From NCBI GenBank assembly GCA_002633005.1, contig NMRA01000196.1, positions 269,632 to 333,631 on the forward strand: a stretch of DNA of 64,000 nt, in the 5' to 3' direction. Both the position numbers and the translations under genes were made by a program. The notes under the pieces were generated by a model. That model saw nothing but the letters and a program-made list of their open reading frames with translations, was not told where the DNA came from and made no database searches. Origin of the DNA: Phoronis australis (taxonomy: Eukaryota; Animalia; Phoronida). Shown here piece by piece: positions 51,730-63,271 of the stretch. Numbering within the stretch: position 1 is the first letter of the stretch; every line of letters starts with the position of its first letter.

Positions 51730-52292
51730 GGTATGTGTGTGTATGTTTGTATTGATGTATGTTTGTATGCATACGTTCATGCATACATGCAAACATGCAC
51801 ATGTATGCATACATACATACATACATACAAGCATGTATGCATGCATGTATCTACATTATAAGAATTGCAGCTGTCTGATACAATGTCTGTGGCCACTCAC
51901 TGATGTGCGCAGGCCGCACATGCGGGCCTATGAGCGACTCGACAAAATGTAGTTCTAAAACGTCCATAAGGTGGCACACGAGTGATAATGTACCCATGTG
52001 ACTTGGTGATCTTGCCACTGTAGACAATATAGTAGGATTTCTTGTGACTACAAGTTAAATAAAATGCCTTCTGGATGTTGCTGTGTACCTTACTGTAGCA
52101 CGCGAGGTAGTCACAAGTTTCCTCAGGTCACTTGGAAACATTTTTTTGCTTTAGTATTAAACAGGTATAGTTAAATAAGGAACTGAAGAGCTAGAAATCT
52201 GGCGCAAGGGTTTAGCAGTGTGACCCAGTGGGACTCGAAACCACGACCTCGAGTAAAGAAAGCGGACACCTATCAAAATCAGTCACTCGGGC
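51730..52292 (-). mobile_element. Probable tRNA-derived SINE ending in a (TACA)n tail
   Basis: Minus-strand head at about 52220-52292 with a degenerate A box and B box GGTTTCGAGTCC; the body ends in the TACA/TGCA microsatellite at 51730-51850. Confidence 0.5.
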
Positions 52293-53086
52293 TCATCTAC
52301 GAGTATCTACGTCGTGGTCTAGCTTATACTTTCAACGGCAATTCGTTGGACATATTTTGGGTTTTTCAGTCGTAACCAAAGTGTATTTTTTGCCTGCCAT
52401 AGGCAATTTAATGAACAGTAGCATCTACCGAACTCTTATGGAATTGTTTTCTTGGTACATCGAATGTTTGAACTAGCGCAATTTTGGGTCTCATTTTCGG
52501 ATTTCTATTAGAACCTTTCCTGGGTGCAGTTTAGCTGCCCTGGTCATTTATCGTTGAGTGCGTTGATTTTGAAAGAGTTTTTAAACTCTTTCCTGGGTAT
52601 CTCCTTAAAAGGAGATACCCAGGGTGCCGATACTGGGCAGTCATGCGTTCACTGCTGTACTGGCTGGGTGCTGTACCTCGTTCATGGAATGTTAAGTGTT
52701 CTGGGCTGCTGGTCTATAACATGCATCTACCAGATATCACATTAGTTCATCTGTTCGTGTTTCCATACTTGTAATTCCAGAGGGTCATTTTACATTGGTC
52801 AGTTTGAAAGACGGCACCGTACATGTAATGGCTGTTCATAAAGTCCAATAAGAAACGCTTTAAACTCTTATTAAATGGTTAGAAGAAGTTATAAGAAACA
52901 AATCAGTACCTATTCCATAACAAATACATAACTCGTAGTCGAAGAAATTTTAAACAAACGCGCCACTCATGATTCCGACGCGAAGAACACACCACCAATT
53001 TGAACTAACTGCAAACCGGACGTAAAATTCATTCAGTAATTAACCCATGCTAAGAACACCGGTTGTGCGACTGGAGCAGTGTTATC

Positions 53087-53242
53087 CAGGGGCGGATCCA
53101 GGATTTTTGTTAGGGGGGCTAGGGCAGAGTATTAGCCAGGATTTTGAACGTGAGACATTCGCCCCCCTGAACTTCCAAATGGAATCTTGGAGAGTTTTAG
53201 GGGAGTCATGGGGCCCCTTGGCCCCCTCTAAATCCGCCACTG
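53087..53242. mobile_element. MITE with CAG...CTG ends (same end type as 16873-17097)
   Basis: CAGGGGCGGATCC ... AAATCCGCCACTG; flanks TTATC/TCACC match only partly. Confidence 0.7.
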
Positions 53243-53770
53243 TCACCAGACTGCAAGCCAGGATAAAATAATCAACAGCTGACCTTAACTTTAATAAAAC
53301 CAAAATAGAGACAATTTGTATTGAAATTGTTGACGAATGTGGCAAATAAATTTTGACAGAAATTATTTTGTCTCGTACGTGCACCCAATCATGACTCTGT
53401 GCGGACCGACTTGATCAGCACTGACAAAGGCGAAGGCATGCAGTCGCTGCCTGTTTTATCGGAATAAATGGTTCAAATCATGTATGCCGTATACATACAA
53501 AGACAGTTTCAGAAACCTGCATTTAACTACGGGCAAGTCACAGTTTTGTGCCAGCGACTGAATAACAAGGCCGTCCATGCGACTGGGTCAAGTGTGTTTT
53601 ATTGGGGCAGGGTGTAATTAACACTGGTAAGCAGTATAAAAATAACAACGAACATGCAATATCAAACACTTGAGTAAAATTGCTATACAGTTACAATATC
53701 ACGACGATTAAATGTAGGCGAAAATATCAAAAACAAATTTAGTCAGAAACTAACAAGATACTGGTGGTAT

Positions 53771-55429
53771 CCCGCGACTTCTGTTACAGCCGGGTGGCTG
53801 ACGGCCAACAATAAACGACAGAATACCATTTGGTGGCGAAAAAACTTCAGAAGGAAAACTTGGACCCAAAAGCTTCAATACAAGTATCAATGAGTTTAAA
53901 GTAAAATAAATTATTCCCATTCGGCCAGAAGCATTCGTACATGTATAAGCTACATGTACGATCCTGTGGAGCCTAACCATCTGGCCTGCGAGGACATCTG
54001 TGCTCCGTGGCGCAATATGAACACATTTATGAACAGCCCGGGCCTTGCATGGGTGAAATTCATGTCACAAAGAGATAGAAAAATACTGCGCCATGCTCCT
54101 AATACTGCGATATTTGCCCGTCGCCGACATTCAGTTCACTGCAGTCCCCCTCCCGTTTGCGTTTCCAGTCGCGGAATGATTATACTTAAGCAACAGAGGT
54201 ACATATTGTAAGTTTTTGTCACGTTTTAAACTATATTTCATGCGTGCACCCAACCTAAAATAAAGGGGTCTCGAATTTTTAAGAATGTGGACTTTTTACT
54301 AAAAAGACCTATGAATTGTGTGCTTACACCGAACTCCTGACTTTTTAGTGGACTTTTTTCTCGTTATCTACTTTTGCGGACTTTTTGTTTCCCTGAGACG
54401 GACCTTTTTGGCCACTTCGCCAAATGGGGGGCTTGTTCGAGCGCCCCGAGCACCCCCCTCCTCTGGGTGAGCGCATGTATTTTCCCTAATCATTGAAATC
54501 GAAATCACGAAATCAATTTTAGCAAGTGATTATTTTCCCGGCGAGGTGTCACAGCAACTGAAGGGAATTACATTGCCGATCCGCATTATTGGAATTCAGG
54601 TGTAGAGCTCACATATTTGAGATAAAACTCCTTTTTGTTTGTTGAAACATCACCGTGTGTGGATGCTTTCGTATTCTACATTTTAACTGCCAGTAAACCC
54701 GATGCTGATTTGCTGCCAACGAAAATATATTTAGTCTCCCGCGACTTCCGTTACGGCCGGGCGGCTGATGGCCAACAGTGAACGACAGAATATCATTTGG
54801 TGGCGAAATAACTTGAGAAAGACAACTTGCCATGGTGCCAAATGGTATAATTTTAGTATCAAAGAGTTTAAAGTAAAATAAACTACTCCCATTCGGCCAG
54901 AAGCATCCATGTAAGCTATTATTCTGCGGAGCCCGAATACCTGGCCTGCGCGAGCCTCTGTGCTCCGTGGCACAAGTTGAACACATTAAATAACTGCCCG
55001 GGCCTTGAATGGGTGAATATCGTGTGACAAAGAGATTAAAAAATACTGTGTCATGCTCCTAATATTGCAATACTTTCCTGTCGCGGACATTCAGGTCTTA
55101 GATTACAGTCCACTACACCCCCTCCCCTCGTTTGCGTTTTCAATCGCGGTATGTTTATATTTAGACAACAGATTATATATTGTAAGTTTTGGTCACGTTT
55201 TAAAATATATTTCCTTAATTATTGAAAATTGAAGTCAATTTAGCAAGTGATTATTTTCCCGGCGAAGTGTCACAGGGGAATTACCTCGACGGTGCGCGTT
55301 ATTGGAATTCAGGTGAGGAGCTCACTTACTTGAGATGAAACTCCTTTTTGTTTGTCAAAACACCACCGTGTGGGGATGCTTTGGTATTCTACGTTTTAAC
55401 GGCCAGTAAAACCGATGCTGATTTGCTGC
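53771..55429. repeat. Diverged tandem duplication of about 700 bp (53771-54716 and 54738-55429)
   Basis: Colinear similarity from CCCGCGACTTC to GATGCTGATTTGCTGC; copy 1 carries an extra 239-bp insertion. Confidence 0.88.
54239..54477. mobile_element. 239-bp MITE with 5-bp TSD (TATTT)
   Basis: CATGCGTGCACCCA ... TGGGTGAGCGCATG (12/14), TATTT on both sides; absent from the paralogous site near 55210. Confidence 0.85.
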
Positions 55430-57028
55430 GAACTCAAGTGCGCACGTCCGGGTACGGTCACGCGGCAATTGCTCACTCCAGGCTGGTAGTTTGCATCAGT
55501 TTCACGATATGGCGATACAGATTAGGCATTTGCTGATCTAGAACGATGTTTTCCTCTAATTTAATTCCGAAACGGGTACTGTTGCTGAAATTTGACGTAC
55601 AACTGTACCCTCGCGATGAGTCAGGCCAGACTAACCTGTTGCCGAGTGCTGAGTGTTGGCTGCCGCGGAAGACGCGACAGACTTCACAAACCTATTATGC
55701 ATTAAATACAATTCGTCAAAAACAAAGACCATGTAAAATTTGGACAATAAATAATCAAATTCCTATAAAAAGAACCAAAATCAAGCAAACAAAATAACAG
55801 CACATTTACATTCACGGTGATATCAATACGTTGTCAAGGTAAACATGACCATCATTCAGGAATCGCAGCCTCGTCCTCATGCCTCAAGATGACGCTGATT
55901 GGTTTAGCCATTTGAGGTTTGGTTATGGGAAATACCTTCTGCGCAACGGTTGGTCGCTACCTTGACATCATTAAACAAAGGCAGATTTTAATTATTATCA
56001 CAGGCGTTGTTGCTGTCATTCGATCAGGGAGCAGAAGGCTTCGGTATGGTTATTGTTTGAAAGAAAGGTTGTTGGAGTGCTTATTTTCAATTCCACACAA
56101 CCCGTGTAGTTCTGCTCACCTCGCCGTGAAACGTGTATCAACATGTAGACCGAACGGGGTTCATGCGAAATCTGGGCGTCAAACGACTCTCACCAAGCCC
56201 GTTAAAGCCATTTAAACGAAAAACAGACATCATTTTCTAGCGAAATTAGTCTCCGCCTTTTGTAACCAAGAAAATTTTGTCGTCGTTTTCAGAACAGTAC
56301 GCGTGTGACACACGCACGCGCAATTTCTAACAAATTTGGCGACATCTCTCGGGAGATGTCGACATTTTCGCAGCCGAAAAATTTGTTCTGAAATCCGGTT
56401 TGCTGGTTTTAAAATATTAAAAACTTGTAACGAAATGAAACCACTTACGATATGTATGCAACCTCGTGGAAGACGAACAGTTGAATGAAGAATCGGCGAA
56501 ACAAGAAACTGGCCAATAGGTGACGCAATATTTCATGGCGCCAAAAGTTCGCTCCACAACTTTAGCAGCAGAATAACAGTAGAACGCCGATTTTTCCAGC
56601 ACCGGTAAACAATTTCTTTATTCAACGAAGAGTGTAGTTTTTAATGACTCTAATTTTGCTTCAGATTTTCTCTGGTAAGTTTTTTACCCACATCGGCGCA
56701 AAGCTGTATATTCAACATACAGCTTTGCGCCAAGGCTACCAAAAGGGCTATTCACATTTAAAGATGTACCATGATTCTAAATGCACTTGAAATTTCAATT
56801 TAGTCGGCGGAACCCTCGGATCAGTCGTGTTGTAAACTAAATAGGAATTGGTTGCTAAACGTGTCCTTCTATATGGCGGCACCTTCAATATAATACCTCC
56901 GCATTGTAGTAAGACCTACAGCATCACGTGCTGCAATAAGAATAATCGCGCCCTGATTACTACCCTATAATTTTCCTGCTTGTCCTTTTCGATCTATTAC
57001 GTCTGTTGTGGAACGGGTTCCAGTATGC

Positions 57029-57036
57029 TATTTATA
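57029..57036 (+). promoter_or_regulatory. Candidate TATA box of the stonustoxin-like gene
   Basis: TATTTATA about 80 bp upstream of the ATG at 57111. Confidence 0.45.
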
Positions 57037-57110
57037 GCCACGTCTGTCCCACTTGATGGTAGACCTGTCATGCTGAAGAGACGACAAGATCACTGGAATC
57101 GTAAGCGAGA

Positions 57111-57263
57111 ATGAGCGACTCAATAAATGTCCCGTACTATGGTAATATGCAATTAGGTTCGCTTTACAATGCCTACACAGGTGTTGTGTGTCCCGGGCTT
57201 GTCTTCGGTGAGATTAAGGAACCGCTAGTCACCAACTGGAACCAGATGGATACAAGGATGAAG
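57111..57263 (+). CDS. First coding exon of a probable stonustoxin/neoverrucotoxin-like (MACPF/CDC-fold) protein; remainder not in window
   Basis: MSDSINVPYYGNMQLGSLYNAYTGVVCPGLVFG...MK followed by the strong donor AAG|GTAAGA. Matches the P-x-x-G...LG-x-LY[DN]A-x6-PG pattern at the N-terminus of stonustoxin subunits. Confidence 0.6.
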
Positions 57264-57271
57264 GTAAGAAA

Positions 57272-58224
57272 TGTTAACATTTTCAGCCCATGTTATGCCA
57301 GTGCAGTTTGGTGACTCGGCTAGCAGCCAGACGTATTATGTAATTATATTCATCTCTTGGTTTGCCCTCGAATCATCTTGGGATTGTGTCTTTATTTTTG
57401 ACAGACATCTTGTCTAGTATCGTTCAAGGGTTTTATTTTCAGTGAAATAATCAAGGTCAATCAAGCTAAAATCAAGTGTCCTATACACATGTATTGTTAT
57501 GAGAGAAAAGCTCATCATCTACAGAATAAAGGTAAATCATTCATTATTTTGCTAAGTTTACACTTCACCATGTTTTGTACGTACTTGTTAAACTTGGGAT
57601 CTCAATATTCCTTTGGTTTAAGCCTCCAGAGTGTTTTCTTTGTGTAAAACAGCACATTTAATTTGACTATAGGAGTCCCTATTTGCTGACTATATCTTTA
57701 TTTTTCCCTTCGTTCATATGTGTTACAGCTCTGGGTATTTAGCATGTTTTGTAGTGTTGTATTTTGTTTAGTACTAAGGGGGCGTTGCCCCCAAGCTATT
57801 TTATTTTGTAGTTTTCGTAAAACTTACATTCAGTGGTTGCATTATTTAGGTTGAGACGATCCCTGAATATCTTCGTGCATAGAAGTCACTGGGGTTAAAG
57901 TTGTGAGTTTCATGTATTGTGTTTTAAAGGAGTCTATTACAAATGATGTTCTTTGACATATAACTTCCGACATATCTGGTTTAATACTATCGGGTATAGC
58001 TTGTTATTATACATAATCTCGCATAGTCCTACATTGATACATTTTGCCACGTTATAGTTATTTGATATTTAGTCAACTTAGTCTTATATTTCTTTATTTT
58101 TGTAAATTATATCTTAGTCTTATGCTCCTTTATTTTCTTGTATTGTAGATTCACAGTTACTGCATCAGTGAATAATAAAGTCCTTTAAAATCAAACACTC
58201 GTCATTTAAATGGAATACGCCGCC
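57272..58224 (+). repeat. 5' LTR
   Basis: Starts TGTTAACATT, colinear with 61683-62649, AATAAA near its end; right edge uncertain by about 10 bp. Confidence 0.88.
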
Positions 58225-58252
58225 TGAAGTTACCAGTGAATAACTACCCAAC

Positions 58253-61200
58253 ATGTCAACAAAGGCGGATATAACAAAGGCTAAGAGAGCCGTAACCAAG
58301 CGGATCAATTTCATCAAACAGCTGATTGCGGAAGGCGTTGAAGAAAGTCAGATTGAAGAGCTGTTTAAAAAGATCACAGAAGTCCATGAATAATTAACAA
58401 ACAATTTAGGTCGTGATGATGGAAAGGTTGAACCAAGCGAGGAATACTTTGCAACAATTCAGATTTATTACATTGAGTTGCTAACTGTTGTGAAACCATA
58501 TATTACTCATTCTTGGAAATAGTACTGTTGATTCCGGCAAGGTAGATCCCAAGAGCTACTAAATGTCCTCAGCCTGCCCAAGCTGACTTCGGAATCCTTC
58601 GATGGCGATTCGACTAATTTCCATGTCTTTAGGGTTTCCTTAGAACAGAATGCTGCCAGTCTAACGAATGGTGGTGATGGTAAATTGTCGCGTCTGCTAC
58701 AATATACCAAAGGCGACGCCCGTTAAGCAATTCGCACGTGTGCCCTCATTGGTGGCGAAGACGGATACGAGAAAGCAGCAGACATTCTTGAAGCAAGATT
58801 CGGCAGTGATAACACTGTAGTCGAGAGGCTGATACCGAACATCAAAAGGAAAACTTCCTGAAAACTCCGTCGGAGACTCATAGTTTTGCTGATGAGTTGG
58901 CAAGCGTATTCATCATCTTCAACAAACTGGACAAGCTTCCCAACTTGACACACAATCCTCCGTACTAGAAATCCTAAGCAGATTTACACCGTTTGTTCAA
59001 AATAGGTGAAAGAAACAAGCCCTTGATAAAAAGAGAGAAGAGGGAATCTACCCAGAGCTGGGTATCATTGTCAAGTTTGTGTCCGAGTTATCACTAGAAA
59101 TGAACGATCCGGTCCACGAAAGGCCTAGCATCAGAAGACAAGAACCGCGACACCAGAGATACACAACCTTTCAGACGGCAACGCATTCCGCGAACCCCAG
59201 TCGAGGACCAGAACCCCCCTGTGTATTATGAGGTGACACCAAGTTCGTAGCCAATGACGAAGAACTGCTTTTCGGCCTTCCCGTCCAATATGTAGCAAAG
59301 AAATTCAAATTAACCGAAAACGGTAGCAAAAATAAGGCCCTCGGATTCAAATGGGATTCGGTGTCATATCACCTTTTCCTCGACTTCTCACATGGCAATT
59401 CGCAGCGAGTGACAAGGAGGGAAATGCTTAGCTACATACCTTCCATGTATGACCCACGAGGACTAGTGGGGCTAATTGTACTTCGTGGGAAGTTGATGTT
59501 TCAAGAAGTGACAAGACTGGGTTTGAAGTGGGAGCAAAATAACTTTTGGATGGCATGGAAATCATGATTTTCCAATGTAAATAATGTCAGCGCCATCAGA
59601 ATACCACGCTGTGTCAAGCCTACAGACATCTACGATGCCCTATGAGAGCTGCATCACTTCCGCGATGCTAGTGAGAAAGCATACTGGGTGCTGCTCATAT
59701 CTCCGTTGCGTAAATAAAGCGGGTCACATCCACACAGCTTTACTCCTAAGCAGATGCAGAGTTGCGCGGAGCAAGACTCTAACTACATGTGTATCGCGAC
59801 TTGAGCTTCAGGCTGCCACGTTATCTGCACGCATCGACGGCACCTTGAAGGAAGAACTAGGTCTCGTTACGAATTCTACGTTTTCGACAGACAGCAAGGT
59901 TGTTCTTGGTTTCATACACAACCAAACCAAACGTTTCAAGTTTTTGCTGCAAATAAATTGAGCTTCATCGTGAGAAATATCTCACGAAAACAATTTCGCC
60001 ACATACCAGGAGATGGCAATCCAGCTGACATTGCGTGCAGAGGATGCCTGTCCAGTGACTTACGGTACAATCAAAGGCTGACTGGACCTGACTTCCTGTC
60101 CACTCACCGTTCCCAGCGGAAGTCTTACGACGTGGGTCCCTTCCGCATATCTGACGGTGACGTAGAAGTGAAGAAGACGGAATTTATGTCGTGCGGAATC
60201 ACTGTCTCATGCATTCACAAGCAAAACGATTATGAGTGGATGCCACTGCCGAGGCTAATCGATTATTATTCGTCCTTGTGTCGGCTTAAGATGACAGTAG
60301 CTTGGTTGCGAAGGATCAATGACAAACTCAGAATGAAAGACAATGCTCCGCTCTCAAGGCTAAGGGTGGCAGAGATACAAGTGGCTGAGAAAAGGATTAT
60401 CACACATGTACAGACGACGTTACCTAAGGAACTCAGCAACAGAAACGACAAGCAGGAGTTTCGGCAGTTAACCCTTACGTGGATAGAGACAGGCAAAATG
60501 AACAATAACCAGATCATCTTTCCAACGGGTATCGTTGCTAAACTGTAAATAAATCACGCTCATGAATTAGAACACATTAGGATTGAACACACCATAACTC
60601 AGCTCAGAGCTAAATATTGGATAAGACGTAGGGATGTAAAGACAGTATGAGAAAGTGTCTGACTTGCCGCAAAGTTAATTCCACTGAGACAGTGCCGACA
60701 ACAGATGGACAATCTGCCTCCCTCGCGTCTATAGTTCGGCGATTCCCCATTCACCAGCACTGGGGTGGACTGCTTCGGGCCGTTCAAAATAAAAAGAGAG
60801 AGATGCGACATTAAGAGATATGGGTGTATATTTACTTCAATGACCCTGAGTGCAGTCCATATTGAAGTAATCGAGAGCCTCGATACAGATTCTTTCGTCG
60901 ATGCTCTGAGAGGATTCGTTACCCGAAGAAGCCAGCCACTGACCATGACATCAGACAACAGAGGGAACTTTGTGTCTGGTAATAAGGAATTAACTCGAGG
61001 TCTTAAAGAATTAGACTCTTCTGCCACACATGTAGATGATGCCTTACTTGAGAAGGAAATCAAACGGTAGTTCATCCCGCTATCGTCTAGTCACTTGAGA
61101 GGTGCATGGGAGAGACAAATCAGGAACATAGGTAAAGATCTAACAAGTATTCTAAGTTGAGAGTATTTTGAACATCCGACCTATCACACCCATAAGTGAA

Positions 61201-61602
61201 GACATAAACGATTTTCAAGGTCTGCGACCTAGCCACTTGCTGCTACCGAAGGGAGGACACGTGCTTCCGCCATGTAACTCTACTGATGCTGACACCTACA
61301 GGAGACGTAGGCGACAAGTGCAGCATATTAGTCAGGTGTTCTGGAGAAGGTGGACCAAGCAATATTTGCCTGAACGTCAGCAAAGTATAAAATGGCAGCA
61401 CCTGCAGCCTAACCCGTCAGTTGGAGACCTCGTGCTCGTGATGGATGACAATTTGGAAAGGAACCTATGGCCATCATGCTGTATCAATCAATTTCACTGT
61501 ATTACTGATGGATTAGTGCGCTCAGCTGACGTAAAGAAGAGGAGCACCTTCTTGACCAGGCCCATTACTAAACTCATTGTGCTTGAAGGAAAACTGTACT
61601 AG
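58253..61602 (+). pseudogene. Disrupted BEL/Pao gag-pol
   Basis: LPKLTSESFDGD...KLSRLLQYTKGDA...ILEARFG (Gag); KALGFKWD, MYDPRGL, ELHHFRDAS, SRLELQAA, NPADIACRG (Pao RNase H/A17); GVDCFGPF, AVHIEV, SDNRGNF, GAWERQI (integrase); FWRRWTKQYL, RPITKL (DUF5641). Multiple stops and frameshifts. Confidence 0.95.
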
Positions 61603-61682
61603 GCATTACATTGTAGTCATTCTTTCTCCGGTGAGGTAGATGTTTCTTCATGTTAAATTCTGGACACATTTAATGTGGAGAC

Positions 61683-62649
61683 TATTAACATTGTCAGCCC
61701 ATGTTATGCCAGTGCTGTCTGGTGACCCTGCTAGCAGCCAGACGTATTGTGTAATTTTATTTATATCTTGTTTTACCGTCGAAGCATCCTGGGATTGTGT
61801 CTTTCTTTTTGACAGCCATCTTGTCTATTATCATTCAAGGGTTGTATTTTTAGTAAAATAATCAAGGTCAATCTAGCTAAAATCAAGTGTCATCTACACA
61901 TGTATTGATGTGAGGGCCAAGCTCATCATTTACAGAATCAAAGTAAATCATTATTTTGCTAAGTTTTGCACTTACACCATGTTTTGTACTAGTTCAATTT
62001 GGGATCTCGCTATTCCTTTGGCTTAAGCCTACAAATGTGTTCTTTTTGTGAACTAGCACATTTCATTTGACTATAGGAGTCGATATTTGCCGACTCTATC
62101 TGTACATGTATTTTGCCTGCGTTCATATGTGTTACAGCTCTGGGTATTTAGCATGTTTTGTTCTGTTATATTTTGTTTAGTACTAAGGGGGCGTTGCCCG
62201 CAAGCTATTTTATTCTGTAGTGATCGTAATAATTACATTGAGTGGCTGCATAATTTAGGTTAAGACGATCACTGAATATCTTCGTGCGTACAAGTCACTG
62301 GGGCTAAAGTTGTGAGTTTCACATATTGTGTTTCAAAGGAGTCTATTACGAATAATGTTCTTTGACATATAACTTCCGACATATCTGGTATTATAATATC
62401 GCGTATAGCTTGTTATTATACAAAGTCTGCATTGACATATTTTGCCGCGTTATTGTTATTTGATATTTAGTCAACTTAGTCTTACATTACTTTATGCTTG
62501 TAAATTAAGTCTTAGTCTTAGTCTTAGTCTTAGCCTTAGTCTTAATATGCTCCTTTATTTTCTTGTGTTGTAGATTCACGATTACTGCGTCAGTGAATAA
62601 TAAAGTCCTTTAAAGTTAAATACTCGTCATTTAATTTGCATGCGCCGCA
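61683..62649 (+). repeat. 3' LTR
   Basis: Starts TATTAACATT (TG mutated), ends GCCGCA; contains an expanded (CTTAGT)n tract at about 62508-62545. Confidence 0.88.
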
Positions 62650-63116
62650 AGAAGTAGTTGATGCGTTGCGAAAATATTTTACCGCCAAGCCTGCTTTGAC
62701 GATTTGTGCCTAATTCACCGCTCCTCAGCAACGCTATATGCATTTACAGTCGCAGGTAACATGCTGTCAACGTTAATAAACTTAGCCGCCCCAGAGGAAC
62801 GGAATTCGGCAATGTATTTGGATATGATTCAAAAGTAATCATTACAAAGTAATGATTTTTTAAGGATGCATGGGACACTAAAGTTCGTCAAAATTATCTT
62901 TTTAACAATTCCTGATGAAAACACCACCTTGCTATATGTAGTACAGGGTAATTAATTTTCCCCTATGAGGAAATTTCAAGAAAAATAACACAAAAAATCG
63001 CGATTTTTGAAATACGCGCGAACACAAATCTTTGTGGATATCACAGAGGTTTTGTTCTTCATCGTACTTATGATTAATACGCGTATGCGCACATAGTTAG
63101 TTGCTTGAAGTAACTT

Positions 63117-63271
63117 GCCTCCCGTTCAGTTACGCTAGGACCTCGGTAAAAAGCAAGACTTCGCGAGATTACGTGAGGTATTGCCGTGCATTTTAAATGA
63201 GAGCACGTGAGTTTAACTAGGTTTTAGCTAGGTCCTAGCGTAGGTCCTAGCGTCTACTGAACGCACGCCTG
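63117..63271. mobile_element. About 155-bp palindromic MITE, copy 2
   Basis: Same orientation and sequence family as 48611-48765. Confidence 0.8.

Larger units (their letters stand above)
57272..62649 (+). mobile_element. BEL/Pao LTR retrotransposon, decayed and internally deleted
   Basis: Two diverged LTRs of about 950-970 bp; Gag (DUF1759-like), Peptidase_A17/RNase H, integrase and DUF5641-like remnants between them; candidate TSD AGAAA (57267-57271) / AGAAG (62650-62654). Confidence 0.95.

Noticed and set aside
52220-52292. tRNA gene
   Set aside because: A B box is present but the cloverleaf and A box are degenerate and a SINE-like body follows; treated as a SINE head.
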